A stretch of DNA of 64,000 nucleotides from Planctomycetota bacterium. GTDB taxonomy: Bacteria > Planctomycetota > JAJSAM01 > JAJVHW01. The translations under genes and the position numbers were made by a program. Positions within the stretch are counted from its first letter, which is position 1. Every line of letters begins with the position of its first letter. Shown here in pieces: positions 19,751 to 27,964 of the stretch. Where the stretch lies: NCBI GenBank assembly GCA_021776825.1, contig JAJFFG010000103.1:11145-75144 (forward strand), written 5' to 3'. Below the pieces are notes generated by a model, which did no database searches, was not told where the DNA came from, and saw only the letters and a program-made list of their open reading frames with translations.

Positions 19751-21418
19751 TCAGCGGCCGCTCTCGAACGGCGCGATCTCGATGACCGGACGGAATCCGA
19801 TGAACGCATGACCGCCGATGTCCTGTTCGCCGTTGGTGCGTCGCGCGGAACGCGCGCTCTCCGGTGACCCCGTGCGCGCGCCGCCGCGCACGACGTGCCC
19901 CGCGGACGTCCGCACGGTGAGCGGATCCGATGCCGACCAATCCGGACGATCGACATAGTCGTCACGGCACCACTCCCAGAGCGAGCCGTGCATGTCGTAC
20001 AGCCCGAACGCGTTCGGTCGCAGCTTGAGCCTCCGGCCCGAGGCCCGCGAGATCGATGTGTACGCGTGACGACGCAGATCGCGCTCGCTCGACCCACAGG
20101 AGAACCTGGAGGTCGTGCCAGCGCGGCAGGCGTACTCCCATTGCGCTTCAGTGGGGAGCGTCCAACCGAGATCCCGACAGAAGCGATCGGCGTCGGTCCA
20201 CCCGACTTGGATCGACATGAGCCAGAGCGGCTTCGGCGGAAGCTCCGCCTGTCCGTCAGCTACTGCTTGAAGCCGCACCTTGGCGTTGTTCGTGACCTCG
20301 GTCCGGCAGATCAGGAACGGCCGTGTGAGCGAGACGGTGTGAAGGGGCTCGTTCGCGTGGCGCGCCGGCTCCGTCCGCGGCGATCCCATCTGGAACGTCC
20401 CCGCCGGGATGAGGACGAACTCGAGCCCACTCGTGGCGTGCGCGAACACGGCAACCTCGTGACGAGCGCCACCGCTCGCGTGCATCTGGAGCTCGGTGAC
20501 CTCGAGGCCTGGAACGCGCGCGGCAACCGCCGCAGCGGCATGCGATCGGTCGGCGGAGCTCGACGTGCTCCACGTGCGCAGATCCGAGAGCAGCGACCAG
20601 GGCGTGCGTCGCCAACCGCGAGCGCGGAGCTCGACGGAGCGCCCGCGGAGAACCGCGAGATGGAGACGCTGCTCCTCGTAGCCGTCGCGGGAGATCGTGA
20701 AGCTCCGCGGTCCGGGACGTATCGGCTGCCCCTCGGTCACCACCGCCCCGCCAAGGCGTATTGTCGCGTCGCGCGGGATCCCGGCCGGCTCCAGCTTCGG
20801 CCAGGGCTCCAACGCGATACGCCCGAGATCGATGTGCGAATCGACGGTCGGCTGGACGATGCGCTCGACACGATCGTGTCCCGGCGCGGAGACGCGAATC
20901 ACGAGCAGGCTCGCCTCGACGTCGAGCGCACGCAGGGCGCCATGACCGACGGTCTCTCCGTTCACGTCGATCCGGGCCGTCGGAACACTGGCGGTGAGTG
21001 TGAGCAGGGCGCGAGCGGGGAGCGGCGCGGACGCGCGAGTCGCCGGCCTCGCATCAGCGTGCGGCACCGAGTCGGGGGCAGCTCCCGCGGGCGCCGGGTG
21101 GCTCTCCGGGACCGGACCGCCCTGGACGGCAAGGACACCCAGCGTCACGGCAGCGACGATCATCGCGACCGCCGCCGCACCACGCCGGAGCGCCGAGGCT
21201 GCGAGCGCGTCACGTCGCGCCCATCGCCCGCGCCGCTCGGGGCCGTGGACCCGAGAACGCACGCGCGGCGTGGCTTCCCCGCCCTCACGCGGCCGTGCCT
21301 CGCTCACTCGACGGACCTCCTCCGCACGCATGGTACGCGGGCGAACGAGTGCCGGGCGCAGACCCGGCGGAACGTCCGCCGCATTGACGCACGCGCTGCC
21401 GGGTCTCGTTGGGAACAC
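19751..21418 (-). CDS. Formylglycine-generating-enzyme (SUMF1/FGE-sulfatase) domain protein with an N-terminal TM and PEGA-like region
   Basis: The C-terminus ...NAFGLYDMHGSLWEWCRDDY...GHVVRGG... is the FGE-sulfatase signature. The alternative start MRAEEV at 21334 is plausible. Confidence 0.7.
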   Translation of the reverse strand: MFPTRPGSACVNAADVPPGLRPALVRPRTMRAEEVRRVSEARPREGGEATPRVRSRVHGPERRGRWARRDALAASALRRGAAAVAMIVAAVTLGVLAVQGGPVPESHPAPAGAAPDSVPHADARPATRASAPLPARALLTLTASVPTARIDVNGETVGHGALRALDVEASLLVIRVSAPGHDRVERIVQPTVDSHIDLGRIALEPWPKLEPAGIPRDATIRLGGAVVTEGQPIRPGPRSFTISRDGYEEQRLHLAVLRGRSVELRARGWRRTPWSLLSDLRTWSTSSSADRSHAAAAVAARVPGLEVTELQMHASGGARHEVAVFAHATSGLEFVLIPAGTFQMGSPRTEPARHANEPLHTVSLTRPFLICRTEVTNNAKVRLQAVADGQAELPPKPLWLMSIQVGWTDADRFCRDLGWTLPTEAQWEYACRAGTTSRFSCGSSERDLRRHAYTSISRASGRRLKLRPNAFGLYDMHGSLWEWCRDDYVDRPDWSASDPLTVRTSAGHVVRGGARTGSPESARSARRTNGEQDIGGHAFIGFRPVIEIAPFESGR

Positions 21419-21545
21419 CGAGATCGGGGAATCCCGTAACCCCGCGTGACCATTCGCAGCGCGGGCTCGGGCCTTGCCAAGATCGTCGCCGCTCTCCGGT
21501 GATCGATCACGCGATCAGACCGCGCCGCGTTGTGCGAATCGAAGG

Positions 21546-21933
21546 CTAGCAGGCTGTCGGAGTTACGGCCTCGACGGGCCACGCAGGTTGGCGCGACAGC
21601 CTGCTAGCTATAGGCCGCTGGCTGGCGAGGGGAGGCGACTTGCGGCGCGGCCGGGCCTCCTGCGGCGTCCCGCGCCGACGCGGGCGTTTTGGAGCGGGTT
21701 CCTCGCCGAATCCGGCTCGAAACGGCGGCTCACGCCCTCGCGTCGGACCGTTTCAGCAGGTTGTGCGCCGTGTCGAGCATCGTCCACGTCCCACGGACGA
21801 AAGACCGTCTCACTCATGCCCAGATCATCGTCCACGGCGACGACGCTCTGGTGCCCCGCGGGGGTCTAACTAGCAGCCTGTCGCGCCGGCGGTCTCCCGC
21901 ACGGCGACGCCGAAACTCCGACAGGCTGCTAGC
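21546..21933. mobile_element. 388-bp non-autonomous hairpin-ended element, copy 1 (MITE or PATE-like). It carries no transposase.
   Basis: 5' end CTAGCAGGCTGTCG-34 nt-CGACAGCCTGCTAG and 3' end CTAGCAGCCTGTCG-36 nt-CGACAGGCTGCTAG, both perfect 14-bp stems. About 95% identical to 51847-52234. Confidence 0.8.
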
Positions 21934-22015
21934 CCGCAGGAATCTGCCGCAGAACGGCCCTTTATGGCTAAATCTTGCAACCATTAGCCATGGATTAGCC
22001 GATAGAGTTCTCGTT

Positions 22016-23383
22016 GTGCGTCGCCCAGAGTCACCGCCATCCGAGACGAACCTGTTCGCCGAAGCCCCGGACCGCCTAGCTGAGATCTTCTCTGTGATCG
22101 TCGGGCCGACGGTGGACGGTAGGTACCGCCACTGGCACAAGCTGCGCCAGCTGAAGCCACCGCCGCCGCTCTCTCACGCGGAGTGGTGGTGGCGAATCCG
22201 ACTCGCGCGGCAAATGATCAGCAAGCCGATCGCGCTCGTGGACACGGACGGCAGGGCGTTCACCTTCGCCCTGGTCGATCCGATGCTCGAGATGCTCTCC
22301 CGCGTGGATCGACGTGCTAGCGGCGAGATCGGGTTCGCGGATGCCGTGACAAACCCGACGACCCGCGATCGGTACATCCTGAACTCGCTGATCGAAGAGG
22401 CGATTCGTTCGAGCCAACTCGAGGGTGCATCGACGACGCGTCGCGTGGCGAGACAGATGCTGCGCAGCGGACGCAAGCCGCGTGATCGAAGCGAGCGCAT
22501 GATCGTGAACAACCTCACGGCGATGCAGCGCGTGCGTGAGTTCCAGGACAGGCCCATGACCCCGGACCTGGTCACGGAAATCCACCGCATCGTGACCCGC
22601 GCGACGCTGGACGATCCGAACGACGCAGGTCGAGTGCGGGGGCCCGACGATCCCATCGAGGTTGCCGAGCCCGGCGGCGAATGGGTGATGCACAAGCCGC
22701 CGCCTTCGGACGAGTTGGCCGAGCGAATGGAGCGGATGTGCGCGTTCGCCAACGGGAACGAGCCGGGCTTCTTCGTCCATCCGGTGATCCGCGCAATCCT
22801 GCTTCACTTCTGGCTCGCGTACGACCATCCGTTCGTGGATGGCAACGGCCGCACAGCACGCGCGCTCTTCTACTGGGCGATGCTGAGGAGCGGATACTGG
22901 ATGGTCGAGTACATCTCGATCTCCGCGATCCTGAGTGCCGGACCGGCACGCTACGCTCTCGCGTACTACTACGCGGAGACGGACGCGAACGACGCGACGT
23001 ACTTTGTCCTGAACCAGCTCGCGGTCCTGCTCCGGGCCATCGACGCTGCGCACGAGTACCTGGCGCGGAAGCTACGCCAGCTACAGCAGACGACCGAACT
23101 CGTGCGTCATAGCGCGAGTTTCAACCACCGGCAGATCGCACTGATCGGGAACGCAGTTCGCGACGCGGCAGCGTCGTACACCGTGCGATCCCATCAGCGG
23201 AGCCACGGCGTGACGCGCCAGACTGCGCGCGTCGATCTCGTGCAACTCCACGAGATGGGCCTTCTGACGCGACGTCAGGACGGCCGAGCGTTCGTGTTCC
23301 GACCAGTCCCGCGTCTGCAGTCTCGCCTCGAGGCCCTCGGGCGCGGGGCGCCGCTCGACGGGGGCGACGAAGCGCACAGCTAG
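22016..23383 (+). CDS. fic: Fic/DOC family protein (class II, with an N-terminal inhibitory-helix motif)
   Basis: The Fic active-site motif is HPFVDGNGRTARAL. The N-terminal SSQLEG fits the (S/T)xxxE(G/N) alpha-inh motif. Start proposed at in-frame GTG 22016, downstream of the element. The track ORF (21689) runs through the repeat. Lower GC3 than neighbouring genes. Confidence 0.75.
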   Translation: MRRPESPPSETNLFAEAPDRLAEIFSVIVGPTVDGRYRHWHKLRQLKPPPPLSHAEWWWRIRLARQMISKPIALVDTDGRAFTFALVDPMLEMLSRVDRRASGEIGFADAVTNPTTRDRYILNSLIEEAIRSSQLEGASTTRRVARQMLRSGRKPRDRSERMIVNNLTAMQRVREFQDRPMTPDLVTEIHRIVTRATLDDPNDAGRVRGPDDPIEVAEPGGEWVMHKPPPSDELAERMERMCAFANGNEPGFFVHPVIRAILLHFWLAYDHPFVDGNGRTARALFYWAMLRSGYWMVEYISISAILSAGPARYALAYYYAETDANDATYFVLNQLAVLLRAIDAAHEYLARKLRQLQQTTELVRHSASFNHRQIALIGNAVRDAAASYTVRSHQRSHGVTRQTARVDLVQLHEMGLLTRRQDGRAFVFRPVPRLQSRLEALGRGAPLDGGDEAHS

Positions 23384-23391
23384 ATGGCGGG

Positions 23392-24792
23392 TCAGCGCGG
23401 TCGGGCGGCGCGGAGTCGCTTCACGCGGGCGGCGAGGTCGGCCGGTGAGAGACCAACGATCTCGGCGGCGCGCTCGCGAGCGCGCGACGAGAAGAGGCCC
23501 CCGTCCGTCAGCGTGCGCGCCAGCTCGTACGCGCCGAGGGCGGCGGAGATGTCGTCGGCGCGCTCTGCCGCGAGTCCGGCGCGGATGTAGCGCGCGATCC
23601 CCGCCACGGCGATGCGATCCATGCGGGACACGTCGCGCGGGACCGGGATCAGTCGGCGCGCCGCCGGGAGGTAGCGCAGATGGTCTCTGGTCCGTTCGCG
23701 CGTGTCACGCCGCTCGAGCGCCGCGGCGACGTCGCGAGCGGGGAACGGCTCGGCGAGTCGCTCTAGCCACCGCTGACGACCAGCGACAGCAGTCGACGCG
23801 TGCGTCCAGTACGAACCGTGTCCATCCGCCGAGTCGAGGTACGTGATGACCTCGCTGAGCAACTCGAGATCGTCGATGCGCGGGAGGACGCCCACAAGAT
23901 CGACGCGGATCTCGTCCAGCAGTGCGATGTCGCCACCGTTCGTGAGGAACTTGCCCTCGGACGCCGCGCGGCGTCGCTGGTCGAGCGGGAGTTCCCCGTC
24001 GGTGAGGACCCGAAGATACGCGCGATGTCGCGCGGCGGAGTTGGGCTCGAGGCCCAACGCCCCGAGCGCGGCAGCGGGTCGAAGCGCCAACGGTCCGGCC
24101 GCGGAGAGCTCGTCGAGCCGCGCGAGCACACGGGGCTGAACCTCGATCGAGAACACGCGATCGAGGTCGCCGACCACGGTCCAGCGGCTCGGGCAGTCCA
24201 CGCGCTCGATGCACGCCAGGATCTCGTCGAACAGGAAGTCGCCCGCCCCACGGTTCCCGAATGAGCCGCTGACCAACTCAGCGAGCGCCATGCGAACGAC
24301 GACCTCGCTGGGATGCGTGAGAAACGACCGCCACGCCGGGATCCAGCCGTCCGCGCCGATCTCCACGTAGCCATCCCGAAAGGTCGTGACGGCGTCGGCG
24401 AACTCGCTGAGCGCCGGCTCGCTCTCGAACCAGGTCTCACCCTCGCCGCCCCCACCCATCGGACGGAGCTCGCCATCGTCGTCGCGCAGGAAGACGAGAA
24501 GCCGTTCGCCGACGCGGTACGGACGACCACGGTGCGCGCAGGTCCAGTTGACGAAGCGGCGCACGCGGAGGCTGTTGCGAACCGCGTCGTCGGACGGCGG
24601 CGACGCGACCCACGTCGTAATAGCCAGCGTGTAGTGGGACTCCGTGAGTTCCGAGATCTCGCCCACCGCGATCACGTCGGCGAGCAGGATCAGGTCCCCC
24701 CGTGATGTTCGCGTGTAGGACGCGAACGCCGTCCCCACCAGCGCGGAGAGCAGCGCGGTGAGGGCGATCAGAACGCGGTGGAGGGGGCGCAT
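23392..24792 (-). CDS. Hypothetical protein with an N-terminal TM/signal anchor
   Basis: Start at MRPLHRVLIALTALLSALVG; the 5' extension in the track ORF lacks coding character. High GC3 throughout. No recognisable family. Confidence 0.5.
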   Translation of the reverse strand: MRPLHRVLIALTALLSALVGTAFASYTRTSRGDLILLADVIAVGEISELTESHYTLAITTWVASPPSDDAVRNSLRVRRFVNWTCAHRGRPYRVGERLLVFLRDDDGELRPMGGGGEGETWFESEPALSEFADAVTTFRDGYVEIGADGWIPAWRSFLTHPSEVVVRMALAELVSGSFGNRGAGDFLFDEILACIERVDCPSRWTVVGDLDRVFSIEVQPRVLARLDELSAAGPLALRPAAALGALGLEPNSAARHRAYLRVLTDGELPLDQRRRAASEGKFLTNGGDIALLDEIRVDLVGVLPRIDDLELLSEVITYLDSADGHGSYWTHASTAVAGRQRWLERLAEPFPARDVAAALERRDTRERTRDHLRYLPAARRLIPVPRDVSRMDRIAVAGIARYIRAGLAAERADDISAALGAYELARTLTDGGLFSSRARERAAEIVGLSPADLAARVKRLRAARPR

Positions 24793-25052
24793 GAGAGGAC
24801 GTTGCGACAACGGTGTCACCACATCGTCGCCGGGCCCGTACGAACGCGCCACCGGTGCGTCGGTCCTGGAGCGCGTCGTGTTCGGAGTGGGCTGGCGTGT
24901 CACCTTCGGTCCGCCCTGAGCGTCCTCCTCTTGTCCGGAAGGAACGGAGGTGGCGATGGCGAGATGCGGAGCAGTCCGGCGCCGAGAGTGCGGACGCGGG
25001 GCACGAGCCACGGGCTCCCGAACCGCCGGCGCAATGCCGCAACCCCGGCACG

Positions 25053-25097
25053 GTGTAGATACAAAACGTACAATTCGATGGTATTGTGCATTCGATG
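25053..25097 (+). promoter_or_regulatory. AT-rich patch with a direct repeat (CAATTCGATG / CATTCGATGC) and an imperfect inverted repeat TACAAT..ATTGTG, about 45 bp upstream of the relE/parE-like gene. Candidate promoter/operator.
   Basis: gtgtagatacaaaacgtacaattcgatggtattgtgcattcgatgc is conspicuously AT-rich in a 70% GC context. Confidence 0.4.
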
Positions 25098-25138
25098 CCG
25101 ACGCAGTCCTCTCACTCCCGAGCCTGTAGGCGCACCCG

Positions 25139-25402
25139 ATGGAACGGCGAGTCGAGTGGACGAAGCGCGCTCGAACCGGCCTCCGGCGCGTCCCACCGCA
25201 CGTTGCACGGCGCGCTCGCGGCGTGGCCGATGCGCTGGCCAGCGGGTGGCACCCGCGCGGTGCCGAGCGATGCGCCGGGCCGCTGGCCGGTCAGTGGCGC
25301 GTCCGGCTGGGCGCGTATCGCATCCGCTACACGCTCGCCGCGGAGGTGGCGGTCGTCCTGGTCGTCGATCCCCGCGGACGGGCGTACCGGCAACGTGGGT
25401 AG
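25139..25402 (+). CDS. Type II toxin, RelE/ParE family
   Basis: ...WRVRLGAYRIRYTLAAEVAVVLVVDPRGRAY matches the C-terminal RelE/ParE core. 87 aa. Confidence 0.7.
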   Translation: MERRVEWTKRARTGLRRVPPHVARRARGVADALASGWHPRGAERCAGPLAGQWRVRLGAYRIRYTLAAEVAVVLVVDPRGRAYRQRG

Positions 25403-25417
25403 CGAAGGAGACTCTCC

Positions 25418-25873
25418 ATGAGCGCCGAACGAGCCGACACGATCCCGGATGCACTGGCCGAGTCCCTGCGAGACGTCACCGACCGGCTGCGCCAAGCGCG
25501 CACCGCAGCCATGGCACAGCCGGCGCTCGCGGGTCCATGTCGGCGCGCTCTCGAAGACCTCGAGGCCGAGCTGGTCCACCTCCGCTGCGGCGCCGCGCGG
25601 CACGTGAGCGTCGCCGAGGCCCGTCGCGATCTCTCCGACCTGCTGAATCGCTGCGCGTACTCGACCGAACGGATCGTCATCGAGCGACACGGCAAGGCAG
25701 TCGCAGCGCTCGTCGGCATCGAGGATCTGGCGTTGCTCGAACGCCTCGAGACGGAGGACGACGCCCTCTTCGCAGTGGAGCTCGAGGCCGACCCCGCGCT
25801 GCGGACGGAGATCGAGGAACGGCAGTCCGACCCCGAGGACGCGAAGCGCTCACGCAGTAGTCGTCGAGCGTGA
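25418..25873 (+). CDS. Type II antitoxin, Phd/YefM family, with an N-terminal extension of about 60 aa. A shorter form could start at an internal GTG near 25604.
   Basis: ...VSVAEARRDLSDLLNRCAYSTERIVIERHGKAVAALVGIEDLALLERLE is the Phd/YefM fold signature. The extension has coding-like GC3. Confidence 0.65.
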   Translation: MSAERADTIPDALAESLRDVTDRLRQARTAAMAQPALAGPCRRALEDLEAELVHLRCGAARHVSVAEARRDLSDLLNRCAYSTERIVIERHGKAVAALVGIEDLALLERLETEDDALFAVELEADPALRTEIEERQSDPEDAKRSRSSRRA

Positions 25874-26034
25874 CTTCGATGACGGAGATGTGAGAACGAG
25901 GTCGGCAGGCTCACCGCAGGGCGCGCGCCACATCACGTCGACGCCCGCCAACGCGGCGGACCAGCGAGCGCGCTACGCCGAGCGGAGCGCGGCTGCGTCG
26001 TTCGCGGCAGCGACGCGCGATGTCCACCCCACCG

Positions 26035-26466
26035 CTACGGCGCCGGCGGAGTCTTGGCCGGAGCGATCGGCGCCGAGGCGGCCTCGTCGGGACTGCGGAC
26101 GACAAACGTCATCAGCATCGCGATGAGGAACGCGGAGACGACGGAGAGCATCCGGACGCCGGAGAGCGGATGCAGGAGCGCATCGGGGTTCAGCACCGCC
26201 TCGACAAGCCCGTCGATCTTGGCGGCCCCGTAGCCCGTCCCGAACGCGGCGAACGCCTTGATGTACGTCGAGAACTCCGTCTTCTCGTTCGTGTCCCGCG
26301 GCGAAAGCGCGGTCCCGACGACCCAGCCGACCGTCGTGCCGAACACCAGCAGTGCGACACTGACGCACCGCTCCTGCATCGTCTCCGCGACCATCCAGCT
26401 GACGATCACGAGTGGCACGAACAGCACGAGCGAGACCACGAACGCGCCCTTCTGCTTTCGGTTCAT
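26035..26466 (-). CDS. Small integral membrane protein, hypothetical
   Basis: 143 aa with about 4 predicted TM segments, coding-like composition, and lower GC3 in places. Confidence 0.5.
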   Translation of the reverse strand: MNRKQKGAFVVSLVLFVPLVIVSWMVAETMQERCVSVALLVFGTTVGWVVGTALSPRDTNEKTEFSTYIKAFAAFGTGYGAAKIDGLVEAVLNPDALLHPLSGVRMLSVVSAFLIAMLMTFVVRSPDEAASAPIAPAKTPPAP

Positions 26467-26726
26467 CGGGACTGGCCTCCTCGTCGGTCACGCTGGAACG
26501 CCCCGACCGTACCGATGCGGGGCCGCCGACGTCACGCGTGGACCGCTCAGTCCTCGGCGCTCGGGCGCCGACCTGCACGCGTCCCGATCTGCGGTCCGAA
26601 GCGATCGCGCAGGATGGCGCTGCGGTCCTGACGACTTCTGTCGGAGCCTCACAGGATGGCACTCTCGAGTTGCGGGCCGATCACTCGGACGTGAGTCCGG
26701 ACCGATCCCGCCGCGGCTGAACGCCG

Positions 26727-27878
26727 TCAGCGCGCGGGGATGAACTCCACCGCGATGGCAGCGGAGCGGCCGTCGTCCAGCGTGGCGATCGGGACCACGC
26801 GGCGGCCCGGCTCGATCGGGATCGTGACCTCGAAGTGCCGTGCGTCGGGGATCTCGATGGCGACGGGACTCGTGAACTCGCCGAGCGTCGTCTCGAACCA
26901 CCCCATCGGGAGCGACATCGTCCACGCGAGCCGGAGCGAGTTCTCGCTGACGATCGCGACGTGCAGTCCACTCGTCTGGACGCGCGGGATGGCCTCGCAG
27001 ACAAAGGAGCACTGGGCGACCTCCACGTCGTAGTCGCTGAGGTAGACCTCGTCGAGCAGCCGTGCGACGGCGACGCCGGGGACGAGGGTCCCCTCGATCT
27101 GCAGCGAGGTCTGGGCCGCCTCGGGTGCGTCAGCGTTCGTGCCGCGCAGGAGCGGCGTGACACGCAGGCGGCCACGCAGCGCGGCGGGATCCCGCGCAAG
27201 CGTGGCCATCGCGGCGAGGCCCGGCGCGGACTCGCCGCCGCCCGTCGAACCCGGGTCGGCCACGCGGTCGATGCGCGCGAAGATCGTGCGGACGTCGCCG
27301 TCGTGGTCCGGGACCTCGGCGAGCGCGGCCCACTTGCCGACCCAGAGGTCGCCGGCGCCGGTGGCGACCACGCGATCGAACGCGGGAGCCACGACCGTCG
27401 TCTGCTCGTCCGGGTCGATTTGGCCCTCGTGCACGCGCTTCGAGATGTCGGCGCGGCGACGGGTCTCCTCGAACTGGTAGGCAAGGGTCAGCGCGCCGTT
27501 CGACCAGCGCCCCGGCGCGATCGACACGTGCCACGCGGTGCCGGCGGAGACGCCCGTCGCGACGCTCTCGATCCAGCGTCCGCCGACCAGGACTCCCATC
27601 TTGGTCTGGGAGTGCCACGTCCGGTCGATGCCCCCTGATCCGCTGTCGCGCAGTCGGATCCGCTCCATGTCCCGGCCGCCCACGTCACGGATGCTGCGCA
27701 CGGCACCGATGCGGAGCTCGTACCGCGTGCCCTCGTCGAGACCGGGGTCTGGACGGGCCTCGGTCACGCGGAACAGCACGTCCGGGCCGAGCGGTTCCGC
27801 GTCGCCACGCGCGACGGCCACGACCGAGAGAACAGCGCAGAGTCCGACGACCACTCTCGATGTGCTCATGCACGCCAC
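26727..27878 (-). CDS. Secreted hypothetical protein
   Basis: N-terminal signal peptide (…VVVGLCAVLSVVAVARG). No recognised domain. Confidence 0.5.
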   Translation of the reverse strand: MACMSTSRVVVGLCAVLSVVAVARGDAEPLGPDVLFRVTEARPDPGLDEGTRYELRIGAVRSIRDVGGRDMERIRLRDSGSGGIDRTWHSQTKMGVLVGGRWIESVATGVSAGTAWHVSIAPGRWSNGALTLAYQFEETRRRADISKRVHEGQIDPDEQTTVVAPAFDRVVATGAGDLWVGKWAALAEVPDHDGDVRTIFARIDRVADPGSTGGGESAPGLAAMATLARDPAALRGRLRVTPLLRGTNADAPEAAQTSLQIEGTLVPGVAVARLLDEVYLSDYDVEVAQCSFVCEAIPRVQTSGLHVAIVSENSLRLAWTMSLPMGWFETTLGEFTSPVAIEIPDARHFEVTIPIEPGRRVVPIATLDDGRSAAIAVEFIPAR

Positions 27879-27964
27879 ACTCGGGGCCCGGCATCATCCG
27901 GCCGTCACTCGCGCGTCACCTCAGTGTCAGCGCCGTTCGGACCCCGAATCGAGCGCGCGCCTGC

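Noticed and set aside
21608-21873. Small ORFs inside the 388-bp element (21608-21835 minus, 21640-21873 plus, and their twins at 51909-52136 and 51941-52174) as possible element-encoded proteins
   Set aside because: They are Arg-rich with no coding-like codon usage or start context. Both strands are open simply because of GC content. They are conserved between copies only because the DNA is repeated.
21689-22015. The 5' extension of the Fic ORF running through the hairpin element (track start 21689)
   Set aside because: An ORF spanning a repeated non-coding element and an AT-rich leader is implausible. The first conserved Fic N-terminal residues begin after 22016 (in-frame GTG). Lack of an ATG makes the exact start uncertain, so the confidence given to the start is only moderate.
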